NCBI GenBank assembly: GCA_002104905.1
Contig: MCFE01000280.1
Span: 1-64,000, forward strand
From: Basidiobolus meristosporus CBS 931.73
Lineage: Eukaryota > Fungi > Basidiobolomycota
DNA length: 64,000 nt
Direction of reading: 5' to 3'
The notes under the pieces were generated by a model, which worked only from the letters and a program-made list of their open reading frames with translations, ran no database searches and was not told the origin of the DNA. Positions 22,960 to 33,623 of this stretch are shown here, piece by piece; within the stretch, counting starts at the first letter, position 1; each line of letters begins with the position of its first letter. The translations under genes were made by a program, and so were the position numbers.

Positions 22960-23982
22960 AAAGGCATCCCGTCAAGTCTTATAAGAATCAATATGTTCTC
23001 ATCTGGATTATTTCATCAAGTGTTTACTAGGCTTCAAAGAGATCCACACCCGAAAAGGTTAATAACAGTCCAACCAAATCACATATAACTCTGGTATCTA
23101 ACATACTTGACCTCCCGCTGCCGAATCAATCCAAACCTCACCAAAGTATCTAACTCATGAATCCAAGCCAACTAAATCGAGAATTAAGCGATGGTCCTGA
23201 TTGCTCCACTGCGGTGAACAATGAAGCATTCGCCATTCATATGGGGTTACCATAACAATTATATATATATGTAAATCGAACGATGCCTATCGTTTCCATC
23301 GAACATATCTAACCCAATTCTATTCCCCAGCATAGCTCTTGATTCGAATTTACCTTGGACTTTGGATGCGAGCGAAGGTGTCGGTGTCTTGGCCCAATCC
23401 GTAATAAGCGATGTTCAGGAATAAATGGGATATAAGTGGTGGAAAAAATTTCCTTCCAGTGAGTAATGATTTCTTACAGCTGCCTGATTGGCTACCTGAT
23501 TGGAAAGAGTTTTCATCTGCCTCAACATGAACTCGGAAATCCCAGATCGTAAGCCGAATTTCGACACTAGACCGACAAGTAGACAACCCTCAATTAGACA
23601 AGATCCCGAAATGAAGTTTAATTTGGGTTTACATAAAGTCGATAATCAAGCAACCCCAAGTTAGCCATGATCGCGTGGAATTCCGGTTTAATTGGGCGTT
23701 TCTTGATTAAATTCTCTCGCTTGGCGGGTATTCGCGTATTATTACCTAGATTGGCTCATCGCGTAACATTAGGGGATACTTTCTGTTTGGGTGATTCTTT
23801 ATTAAGTATAGGATCCTACCATAGAATTGACTGATTGGCCACTTTTTGTTTACCAAATAACAGTTTGCTTGGGATACACCACGGGTAGGGGTGACATTTG
23901 GGATATTTATGACAACAACCTTGATATATAACAATAGCCGCTCGAAACTGGATGTCCGGTTACATCTATCCACCCATCGCCT

Positions 23983-24009
23983 TACTAACCTTGTTCGTGT
24001 TGCTTTTAG
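23983..24009 (+). other. Probable branch point (TACTAAC) and 3' splice site of an intron upstream of the kinesin ATG
   Basis: TACTAAC at 23983-23989, then a pyrimidine tract and TAG at 24007-24009. The donor site was not determined. Confidence 0.45.
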
Positions 24010-24103
24010 ATTCCCTTCCCTTTCTCTCCCCCCGATAGATTACCTGATCTCCCGATCAAACCAACCCTACCACCCGTTTTCCCCTCTTACTGCTTATTTA
24101 ACG

Positions 24104-26971
24104 ATGGAGATACAATCACTTCCTAGTATGACCCCAATGACACAGACCCCCGGGCTGATGAAAAAATTTCGCATCCAGAGCCCGGTTGGAAATGTGCGCA
24201 AGAGTCTATTCAAAGGCGTCGTTTCGCCTGGCGCCCCTACCGGTGGCAAAACACCCTACCTCAGCAGGCTCGAAAGAAAATTCAACAGCTACGATCCCGA
24301 CAGAGAGCCAGTGAAGACTTTCCTCCGTATACGACCAGGCCCGAACCGCAACCTGCTTTCCAGCCTACCAAATAACTATCTGGAGCTGATCAATGATACC
24401 GAGGTGTTGATGTCCCCGCCGGCCGATTCGAACGCTTACAAGGCTAGGTCGGGTATCCAAGAGAGATTCAAGTTCACCAAAGTGTTCAACGAGGAGACCA
24501 CACAAAACGACTTCTTCCTCGAGACCGCCCGTCCCCTTATCTCCCAAGTGATGAATGGTGAGAATGCATTGATATTTGCATACGGCGTATCCAATTCCGG
24601 TAAAACCTACACGATTCAAGGTTCCCGGGAGAACCCCGGTTTGCTGCCCAGAACTTTGGAGCTGATGCTAAACAGTATTCACGGCCACCAGAGCTCCGAT
24701 CTGCTCAAACCCACCAGATACTGTGAAGTGGAGGCTTACCGATCAAGTGATGACCTCAATTTGACCACCGACGAGCTAGCGGATGCTCATTCCAAGCTTG
24801 ATGAAGCGTTCGACAAGGTCGACTGTGATCCAGACTACGAGTACGCCGTTTGGGTATCGTATGCTGAGATTTACAACGAGAAGGTGTACGATCTTCTCGA
24901 CCCTGGAATGATCAATGACTCCAAACGGAACTTCCTCACTTTGAAGAAGGATCGCAAGACCGGGTACAAGTACATCGGGGGATTACGCGAGATGAAAGTG
25001 AACTCGGTGGAGGACGGTTACCGCATCCTCAGCCAAGGCCAAAACAATCGTACCGTTTTCTCCACTTTGCTCAACGCTGTGTCTAGTCGTAGTCACAGTA
25101 TATTTACCATCAAACTCATCAGGGTCCCCAAAGATGCCATGACGGTGGATTTAAAAGTAAAATACTCCACCGTGAGTCGCATTTCGTTAGTAGACTTGGC
25201 CGGTGCCGAACGTAGCAAGCTTACCCAGAATACCGGTGAGCGACTAAAGGAGGCCAACAACATCAATAAGTCACTTATGGTTCTGGGCCAATGCTTGGAG
25301 AGCCTGCGACACAATCAGACTCGCGAGCACAAGGAGGTTGTACCATTCCGTCAATCGAAATTAACCGAGATCTTCCAAAGTTCATTCGTCGGCGAAGCGA
25401 AAGCGGTGATGCTGGTGAATGTGAACCCCTACGAGACCAGTTTTGCCGAGACAAGCCACGTCCTCAAGTTCGCTGCCGTAGCCATGGATATCACAACCGT
25501 CAAGCGTACGGTGCAAAAAGTCAAGATACCCAAGTTCCACGAGATCGAGTCAGACTTGGACACTCCCACTAAACCCTCCAAGCGAGCCAGCTTTGATTCG
25601 GACTTCGTATCCGAAGAAGACGAAGGCGTTGAATCAGAGGAAGAGGATGTCTATGTCGCGGACATGGTCAGCAAGTATGAGCATGTGCTCTTCGAGATAC
25701 GCGACAAGTGGTTAGATGCCGAATCTCGATGCGCAAACATGGAAGCAGAAATCCGCGAGGAACTGACCAACGAGTTTGCCGAGAGAATGAAGAGCTTGGA
25801 GGCTATGTATATCTCTCGTTTGACCAGTGAAAATGAGATGAACGAATTCAAGACCGAGAAGAAAATTGACATCTTGAGTCGCAATCAAACGCACATGGAA
25901 TTGATGGCTGCTGAGAACGATCTTGATTACGATGAGAAGGTGCTTAGACTCTGCCATGAAGTGGACGAACAAAAGGCCATCATCAACCTTCAAGAGAACA
26001 CCATTCGAGAGCTTGAGTTTGACCTCGCCACCTCCCACGGACTGGTTGCCGCCGAGAAGTCACAGAAGATGTCCTTGTACGACAAACTTCAGGAACTGGA
26101 AGACTCGGTTCCTGCCGAAGTCGAACAAGCTGTCCAAGAAGCGCTGGCAAAACAGGCTGAAGAACACGCAGCAAAGTATGCCCAACTCCAAGCATCGTTT
26201 GATACTCTCAAAGCGGAGTACGCCGAGCTGGAGAAACATCTCAAAGAGACCGCCAGTGAGAACCAGGAGATGAAGAAAGAATTCACCAAGGACAAAGCAT
26301 ATCTGGAACACAAGAACACCCAACTCCTTGAAATCGCCTCCATGTACCAAAAAGAAGGATCTATGGAGGAAGAGCGCCCTCAACAAACCACACCAACCAA
26401 GCCTAAGCCAAATGCCTATATGCATGCTACTCCTGACTCCCAAGCCAAGACATCAACCCCCAGCTCCACTGCGCAACCCAAGGATGTTGTCAAATCCGGG
26501 TTTTTGAAGAAATACCTCTGGGGCAAGAAGAAGCTAGCCTACGACTCGTACGAGGCAGTGTCCGTTGATCCGGCGACTGACTACACCACCGTAGTCAAGG
26601 GGCCAGTCATGAAGTCCCCCACTGGGGGTGTCCAGGTCGTTTTCACCGATATCGAGACCTATAATGGGGATGAGCCAGAATCGTCCACCACCCCGGCTGT
26701 GCAAGCGCTGCGGGCCCAGGAGAAGCCCTCGCTCAGTCCATTCATTCATAAGGCACGTGGTCTATTCCGCAAAACACCCTCGAAAGCCTCCGGTAGCCAG
26801 GATGACATTTTCGGGGACGATCAGCCAAAAAAGAAGACCAGAAAGCTTAGAAACAAGAAGATCTTCACGGAGCAGGAGATCAACAACAACATCCAGTCCA
26901 TTGAAGAGGACAGCCGGACCCCGATGAAGTCCAGACTGCGCCAACGGAATGCGATCAAGTTCGACTACTAA
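24104..26971 (+). CDS. Kinesin-6 (KIF23/MKLP1-like) motor protein, 955 aa from ATG 24104
   Basis: P-loop AYGVSNSGKTYT, kinesin-6 loop-6 insertion, switch I NAVSSRSHSIF, switch II LVDLAGAER, VPFRQSKLT, coiled coil, and tail motif KGPVMKSPTGGVQVVFTDIETY. Confidence 0.92.
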   Translation: MEIQSLPSMTPMTQTPGLMKKFRIQSPVGNVRKSLFKGVVSPGAPTGGKTPYLSRLERKFNSYDPDREPVKTFLRIRPGPNRNLLSSLPNNYLELINDTEVLMSPPADSNAYKARSGIQERFKFTKVFNEETTQNDFFLETARPLISQVMNGENALIFAYGVSNSGKTYTIQGSRENPGLLPRTLELMLNSIHGHQSSDLLKPTRYCEVEAYRSSDDLNLTTDELADAHSKLDEAFDKVDCDPDYEYAVWVSYAEIYNEKVYDLLDPGMINDSKRNFLTLKKDRKTGYKYIGGLREMKVNSVEDGYRILSQGQNNRTVFSTLLNAVSSRSHSIFTIKLIRVPKDAMTVDLKVKYSTVSRISLVDLAGAERSKLTQNTGERLKEANNINKSLMVLGQCLESLRHNQTREHKEVVPFRQSKLTEIFQSSFVGEAKAVMLVNVNPYETSFAETSHVLKFAAVAMDITTVKRTVQKVKIPKFHEIESDLDTPTKPSKRASFDSDFVSEEDEGVESEEEDVYVADMVSKYEHVLFEIRDKWLDAESRCANMEAEIREELTNEFAERMKSLEAMYISRLTSENEMNEFKTEKKIDILSRNQTHMELMAAENDLDYDEKVLRLCHEVDEQKAIINLQENTIRELEFDLATSHGLVAAEKSQKMSLYDKLQELEDSVPAEVEQAVQEALAKQAEEHAAKYAQLQASFDTLKAEYAELEKHLKETASENQEMKKEFTKDKAYLEHKNTQLLEIASMYQKEGSMEEERPQQTTPTKPKPNAYMHATPDSQAKTSTPSSTAQPKDVVKSGFLKKYLWGKKKLAYDSYEAVSVDPATDYTTVVKGPVMKSPTGGVQVVFTDIETYNGDEPESSTTPAVQALRAQEKPSLSPFIHKARGLFRKTPSKASGSQDDIFGDDQPKKKTRKLRNKKIFTEQEINNNIQSIEEDSRTPMKSRLRQRNAIKFDY

Positions 26972-27833
26972 TCCGAACTGTTTTATATTATTGTAAATTT
27001 CTATTGTATTTGTTATATATTTGTTCTATATCAGGCATATACACATAAATGTTCGGAAAACTCCATCTTTGCTCATCAATGAACTGAACAATGTGAGAGT
27101 CGCATTGATGCCATGTGAAGGAGAGGCCATGACATCCATGGTCTCCCCTAGAGACCACAACAATGGTTGCATAATTGACGTCATCTGTTGTTTGATCTTT
27201 CTGAAGATAGGACCCCGACCAGAACGATCTCTATATGCGGCACGCTTCGTATAATTATCACATCATTCATGCGGTAACGGCCCAATGGTCAAGCGGATCA
27301 GGGAACCAGTGTGCGGTCCCTTCACTCGACCATCACAGTTGAAGGGTGGGATTTAGCATGGCACATGACCTAATTGGGTGGAGGGTAAGATCCTGGATGA
27401 TAGTGAACCTTAATTGACATCATGAACAGAGTTCAGAGGTGCGTTCGGACGGTCGTTCGTTCGCCCGCCCAGGTTGGTTTTGATCCATGGATTGTGGAAT
27501 TCAATGGATCCCCTGAAATTGGGGCCTGATCTCGACGACCAGTAGCAGTCATGGATACGTTGTATATTGTTACATTCGCATTCTTTAGGTGGGCCGATGG
27601 GCAAATAGTACCTTGGCTTGATCAAACGTATGACATCATACGGATTTGATAAGATAACACGAGGGTATGGCTTATGCTTTCCATTCCATCTAAACCAAAT
27701 CATAATAAATTGCTTAAGTCACAGTAACTGGATGTTGGTATCCGGGGAGTTGACCTTCCCCTATATAAAGCCTAAGCTTTTCGACCATGAATCCATATCC
27801 ATTCAATTCTAATTCAATCAACAACACTCCAAC

Positions 27834-28733
27834 ATGTCTTCAATCAACCAAGAACGTATTGCTTTTATCGGCGGTGGTAACATGGCCGAGGCTATCATAG
27901 GTGGCCTTATCGCTAACAAATACGCTCCGCAATGCATCACTGTGTTCGATCCCAGTGAAGAGAGGCAAGTGGAGCTCCACAAGAAGTATGGCATTACCGT
28001 TGCCCCTGATGGCAACTCTGCTATTTATGGCGTGGAGGAGAACGGGGATCACAGTGCCGAGATTGTTGTTCTCGCTGTCAAGCCTCAGGTATTGAAGCAA
28101 GTGGCATTTGGCCTGTCCAAAGCCATCCGCACTGTACAACCATTGGTGGTGAGCATCGCCGCTGGCATCAGGACGCAGTCCATGGAGCGCTGGTTGCTGA
28201 CTGGCAATGAGGATGGCAACCTCTCTGACTCGGATGATGAGGCGAAGATTTCGATTGTCAGATGCATGCCCAACACACCCGCGCTTGTGTTATGCGGAGC
28301 CAGTGGAATGTACGCCAACCGCAACGTGAGCGCATCCCAGAAGGAGTCGGCGGACAAGGTGATGAGTGCCGTGTCAAAGACCGAGTGGGTCGAGAAGGAA
28401 GATCTGCTGGATGCAGTGACTGCTGTGAGCGGCAGTGGGCCAGCATACTTTTTCCTTGTGCTTGAAGCCATGGAGAAGGCTGGTGTGGAAGCAGGACTTA
28501 GCGCAGAGACCGCATCGGCACTCGCGATCCAAACGTGTTTAGGTGCAGCAAAGATGGCTGCAGATAGTGACGATTCGGTAGCTGAGCTACGACGCAAGGT
28601 TACCTCACCGAACGGAACTACTGATGCGGCGATTAAGACCATGATCAAGGGAGATGTCCCGAAGTGGGTGAGCAATGGTGTAATTGCTGCAGATAAGAAG
28701 TCCAAAGAACTTGCCAAGGAACTTGGAAATTAA
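27834..28733 (+). CDS. proC: Pyrroline-5-carboxylate reductase copy 1
   Basis: IAFIGGGNMA (Rossmann), VVLAVKPQ, SIAAG, RCMPNTP, AVTAVSGSGPAYFF and VTSPNGTT; intronless, 299 aa. Confidence 0.95.
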   Translation: MSSINQERIAFIGGGNMAEAIIGGLIANKYAPQCITVFDPSEERQVELHKKYGITVAPDGNSAIYGVEENGDHSAEIVVLAVKPQVLKQVAFGLSKAIRTVQPLVVSIAAGIRTQSMERWLLTGNEDGNLSDSDDEAKISIVRCMPNTPALVLCGASGMYANRNVSASQKESADKVMSAVSKTEWVEKEDLLDAVTAVSGSGPAYFFLVLEAMEKAGVEAGLSAETASALAIQTCLGAAKMAADSDDSVAELRRKVTSPNGTTDAAIKTMIKGDVPKWVSNGVIAADKKSKELAKELGN

Positions 28734-29412
28734 TTTCACATTGCCGTGTACTATACAATTCCTTGTAACACCATCAATTGTACATTATGAAGCGTTCATT
28801 ACTCAACCTTTACTCACGGAACGTACACTATTCAATAAACAAACATTGCTAGGCATATTTCTAAGATCAACATTCCGGTCCCAACGTGGGCAGTTTGCTC
28901 AAATTAGCCGACCAATGTGTACGCCGTCCAAATTATCAAGGGACAGTTGATGTTATAAACTTGGGTTTCTAAAAATGGAAAGCGGCCCGCTTCCACGCGA
29001 CCCATTTTGCCAACCAACATGCATTCTGTTCCTTCGGACCAATGGATCTCACTGATTTGACAAATTAAGGAAATCGTGATTGATTGGGCACTGTTGATGT
29101 GGGTATCTAGACTACCCCAGGCAGATCGTTCCACTAATCTACGTGACATCATTTTGGAAGGAACATAGAACCATTGCAGATCGGTATATACTGAATGGTG
29201 GTGGTTTGCACATGTAGGACCACACCGGAATCGTACCCCTTGTTATGGAAATCCGTGCATTTTACCTCCAATCTATTCGTGGATGCCTGGCTTTATAGAA
29301 AATCATCCCTTGAGCGAACAGTATAAAAATCCCGGACCATCCTCGTGTAATTTCATCATTCTCAGTCAATTCAAAACATTACTTCCCATTGATTTTTTTT
29401 ACCAGCAACATC

Positions 29413-30312
29413 ATGGCTTCTAGAATTTGTCAACGCATCTCCTTTATTGGCGGTGGTAACATGGCCGAAGCTATCATCGGTGGTCTTATCGCTAACAAAT
29501 ATTCCCCTCAATGTGTTACTGTGTTCGACCCATGTGAAGAAAGACAAGTGGAACTCCGCAAGAAGTACGGTGTTACCATTGCCCCTGATGGCAACTCTGC
29601 TATTTATGGCGTGGAGGAGAACGGGGATCACAGTGCCGAGATTGTTGTTCTCGCTGTCAAGCCTCAGGTATTGAAGCAAGTGGCATTTGGCCTGTCCAAA
29701 GCCATCCGCACTGTACAACCATTGGTGGTGAGCATTGCCGCTGGCATCAGGACGCAGTCCATGGAGCGCTGGTTGCTGACTGGCAATGAGGATGGCAGTC
29801 TCTCCGACTCGGATGATGAGGCGAAGATTTCGATTGTCAGATGCATGCCCAACACACCCGCACTTGTGTTATGCGGAGCCAGTGGAATGTACGCCAACCG
29901 CAACGTGAGCGCATCCCAGAAGGAGTCGGCGGACAAGGTGATGAGTGCCGTGTCAAAGACCGAGTGGGTCGAGAAGGAAGATCTGCTGGATGCAGTGACT
30001 GCTGTGAGCGGCAGTGGGCCAGCATACTTTTTCCTTGTGCTTGAAGCCATGGAGAAGGCTGGTGTGGAAGCAGGACTTAGCGCAGAGACCGCATCGGCAC
30101 TCGCGATCCAAACGTGTTTAGGTGCCGCCAAAATGGCAGCCAGCAGCAACGACTCTGTCACTGAGCTACGACGCAAGGTTACCTCACCCAACGGAACTAC
30201 TGATGCGGCGATCAAGACTATGATCAAGGGAGACGTGCCCAAGTGGATTGCTAATGGTGTGCTGGCAGCCGACCAGAAATCCAAGGAACTTGCCCAACAG
30301 CTCGGCAATTAA
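29413..30312 (+). CDS. proC: Pyrroline-5-carboxylate reductase copy 2
   Basis: Tandem paralog, 299 aa from ATG 29413, with the same motifs. Confidence 0.95.
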   Translation: MASRICQRISFIGGGNMAEAIIGGLIANKYSPQCVTVFDPCEERQVELRKKYGVTIAPDGNSAIYGVEENGDHSAEIVVLAVKPQVLKQVAFGLSKAIRTVQPLVVSIAAGIRTQSMERWLLTGNEDGSLSDSDDEAKISIVRCMPNTPALVLCGASGMYANRNVSASQKESADKVMSAVSKTEWVEKEDLLDAVTAVSGSGPAYFFLVLEAMEKAGVEAGLSAETASALAIQTCLGAAKMAASSNDSVTELRRKVTSPNGTTDAAIKTMIKGDVPKWIANGVLAADQKSKELAQQLGN

Positions 30313-31446
30313 ATAGATTGTATTATATAGATTAAGCCTCAATACCACTATCCCTATTATGATATACTACACCTCTGTATAATAAATGATTTCAGTTACA
30401 GGAAGCTTGATTCTACTATTTGTGATTCGTGTAGTAAACAACATAGCTTTTAGCCTATCAGTCAAGGTAAACATAGTGGGACCTATGCACCAAGTGGAAA
30501 TCTAGATAAAATAAAATCAATTCCAATGTATGCCTAGACCAATTCCTGATGCAACTTGTATGGGCAAACTGATGGTCCCATTGGACAAATGGTTGCCAAG
30601 TGTGATGTTTGGTGCATTCCTCCAGAACCAGATATAAATATCCATGATTACACTTGTCAAAAATACTCAGAAGCCACGCAGCCATAACAAGTATTTTAAG
30701 CTCAGTGCAATTTAGCGATGTCGTTCGGCTCGGCTTATTTCGGCTCGATTTCGACTTAACATGTAGCCGAGATGAAAGCTATTAAAGATGCGGATATGAG
30801 CCGCAGCATCAAATAGGGGTGATATAGCCACCTTGCCACCTAATCCAACCTGACCTTAAGGAGAATAAGTTTTTGTCAGGATGCGAGTCAGCTGAGCTGG
30901 TAAGATATGTGTATGGAGCAACTGAGAATATGATGAATCGAAGAGGAATAATCTCGGATTAAACCAACAGACGTGGTGTGTCGTTTTATCCCTATCACCA
31001 ACAAAGCATCACATGATAATGGCAACCGAACCTGACCGATGACCCAAAGGCAAAAGAAACAGGATTCAGCCTGTGATTTTGCTCACCGGGTAAAAAGTCA
31101 ATACTACTTATTACAGAAGGATTGTATATTGTGAAGTGGCCGAAAACCTGAATTAGATTCATCGGTTAAGCAGCATCTCAAACCTAGATTATCTTTGACT
31201 CAACAAGATCTCGAGCAATTGAAATTCAGTTCGAAATAAGGGTCAACGAAAACCAGTTATTTAGTGACACTCACACGGTTTGATACGAGTTTCGAGCTTA
31301 AATTTAATGAGCAACTTGGTTGTCATGAGAAATATTGGGTTAGGAATCAATAAATAGACCCGATCAATGAACCAGAAGAACATCATTCACGTTCACATTC
31401 ACTTCTACTGCCACTTCTCTATTCCACATTTGTGCTCATAAAAAGT

Positions 31447-33183
31447 ATGAAGAAAGAAGAGGTTATTTCTGGGGTTGATGATAAGGACTTTATCACCACC
31501 GAACCGACTGCCTATTCGCAACCTGACGAGAGTAACTTGAAGTGGTATATGCGCAACCTATGCACGAGACAGGGTTGGATTGGTGATTACGACTTCGGCT
31601 TCTTGTGCCTGCCCAACCTACCTGGCCTCACTAAGCAAGCGCCAGCCAAGTTCATCGGAATCAAAGACCGGCTGCCCCTTGCCGTGGCAATCATCATGGG
31701 TTTCCAGCATTGTCTGGCCATGCTTGCCGGCGTGGTCACCCCACCACTCATTCTCTCGGGGCCCGGGCCGCAACACATGAACCTCGACACCGAGTACCGC
31801 TCCTACCTCATCTCCGCCTCCCTCATCACCTGTGGATTGCTCTCCATGATCCAGATGACCCGGTGGAGGATCCCGGGAACTCGCTACTACATGGGAACAG
31901 GACTCATCACCGTGGTCGGGACCTCATTCACCATCATGCCAGTGGCGGAGTCCTCCTTTGCCTACATGTACCAGTCCGGGTTCTGTCCGAGTGTGAAGAA
32001 TGCCGCCGGAGAGATCACCACCTACCTGCCATGCCCAGATGCATATGGCTCATTGCTCGGGACCACGATGGTGTGCTCGGTGCTGATGATCCTGATCTCG
32101 TTTGTCCCAGCCAAGATGCTTCACAAGCTCTTCCCCCCGCTCGTCACCGGGATCACCGTCACCTTGATCGGGGCTCATTTGGTTGGGTCAGGACTGAAGA
32201 ACTGGGGTGGTGGCAGCGGGCCATGCATCACCCACCCAACAAGCGGGAACTTCACGGTGTGTCCGAATGTCGGAGCCCCCAACGCACTCCCATGGGGGCA
32301 CATCAAGTACATGGGACTCGGCTTCCTGGTGTTCATCTCGATCATTCTCTTTGACATCTTTGGCTCGCACTTCATGCGCTCTGCCGAGGTGGTGCTCGGA
32401 CTGATCGTTGGGTTGATCGTGTCCTGGTCTACCGGGTATGTGAACACTCAGGTGATCAACGATGCGCCGGTCGCGACCTTTGTGTGGGTGAAGACGTTCA
32501 AGCTGGGGATCTACACGCCAGCGATCATCCCAATGCTGGTGATTTACATGTTGATCGCGGTCGAGTCCATCGGAACGATCACGGCTTGCTGTGATGTGTC
32601 AGGAGTGGAGGTGTCCGGGCCAGTGTTCGAGACCCGTATCCAGGGGGGAGTGCTCGCCGACGGGCTGAACAGCCTCCTGGCCGGTCTCCTCACCAACCCG
32701 CCCATGTCCACATTTGCGCAGAACAACGGAATCGTGGCGTTGACGAGATGCGCGAACCTGACCACCGGGTACGCATGCTGTCTGTTCCTCGTCATCCTGG
32801 GGGTGTTCTCCAAGCTGGCCTCCGTTTTCCTGGCCATCCCGGAGTCGGTGCTCGGAGGGATGACGACATTCCTCTTTGCGAACGTCCTTGTCTCGGGCAT
32901 CCGCATCCTCAGCTACCTGAAGTGGACCCGTCGGGATCGATTCATCGCCTCCGCGGCCATGACCCTTGGCATGGGCACCACCATCAAGGATGACTGGTTC
33001 TCGTATGCACTGTCGTCATACAAAGGGACCAACACCACGGTGAATGGGCTGATCATCTCGGCGGAGATGATTGTGAACTCTGGCTTCACCATTGCCGCGT
33101 TGATTGCCATCATTCTCAACCTCGTGATGCCCAAGGAGGAGGAGGACCTCGAGCATGAGGAGAACGATCAGCATCCGGTCTGA
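31447..33183 (+). CDS. uapA: NCS2/NAT xanthine-uric acid permease (UapA/UapC-like) copy 1
   Basis: QH motif (GFQHCLAMLAG), NAT signature FAQNNGIVALTRCAN, QGGVLADG and TRRDRF; intronless, ATG 31447. Confidence 0.93.
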   Translation: MKKEEVISGVDDKDFITTEPTAYSQPDESNLKWYMRNLCTRQGWIGDYDFGFLCLPNLPGLTKQAPAKFIGIKDRLPLAVAIIMGFQHCLAMLAGVVTPPLILSGPGPQHMNLDTEYRSYLISASLITCGLLSMIQMTRWRIPGTRYYMGTGLITVVGTSFTIMPVAESSFAYMYQSGFCPSVKNAAGEITTYLPCPDAYGSLLGTTMVCSVLMILISFVPAKMLHKLFPPLVTGITVTLIGAHLVGSGLKNWGGGSGPCITHPTSGNFTVCPNVGAPNALPWGHIKYMGLGFLVFISIILFDIFGSHFMRSAEVVLGLIVGLIVSWSTGYVNTQVINDAPVATFVWVKTFKLGIYTPAIIPMLVIYMLIAVESIGTITACCDVSGVEVSGPVFETRIQGGVLADGLNSLLAGLLTNPPMSTFAQNNGIVALTRCANLTTGYACCLFLVILGVFSKLASVFLAIPESVLGGMTTFLFANVLVSGIRILSYLKWTRRDRFIASAAMTLGMGTTIKDDWFSYALSSYKGTNTTVNGLIISAEMIVNSGFTIAALIAIILNLVMPKEEEDLEHEENDQHPV

Positions 33184-33623
33184 GGGACTTCATTCATTTG
33201 CTTGGCAAATGATGACTGATGTAAATGCCCAACGTAAATAGTCAACTGTAACCGCTGGTGTGCAGTTCGCCAAAACTTAATTTTATAAATAGTCGGGAAA
33301 CTCACACCACCATTTTCAAATTTTGGAGTAATAAACCAGAAATTCCAGCCATTTGAAGTAAATAATTTGCCAAATAATCATCGCATTTGTTCCAACCCCA
33401 TCCATTCTCTCCAGGACCGGATCGAGATTTCCCAAGGGACTACTAATAAAATCCACCTGGCCTGCACTTCCATAGGTATTAAATAGCTTCTCACATTACG
33501 AAGGAGATTAACATAAAATCCCGAATAATCCGGATCAAATTCGTGGCTCGGTCAAATTTTATAAGAGCACCCACCCGGCAAGGAATTCACAGTGATTCAG
33601 CAACACCCAAACCGTTACTAATC

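Larger units (their letters stand above)
19900..23720. repeat. Segmental duplication copy B (SABATH deletion scar, MFS and upstream region)
   Basis: Paralogous to 11800-15720. Its 20345-20760 part is also paralogous to the flanks of the intact SABATH gene (17770-17956 and 19128-19400). Confidence 0.75.

Noticed and set aside
23891-24103. 71-codon N-terminal extension of the kinesin ORF in the track
   Set aside because: It starts at GTG, is low-complexity pyrimidine-rich, and contains a branch point and acceptor; more likely intron or 5' UTR than coding.
30721-30772. Clustered CGG triplets upstream of permease copy 1 as a UaY site
   Set aside because: Does not match TCGG-N6-CCGA; a generic Zn2Cys6 site cannot be supported from sequence alone.
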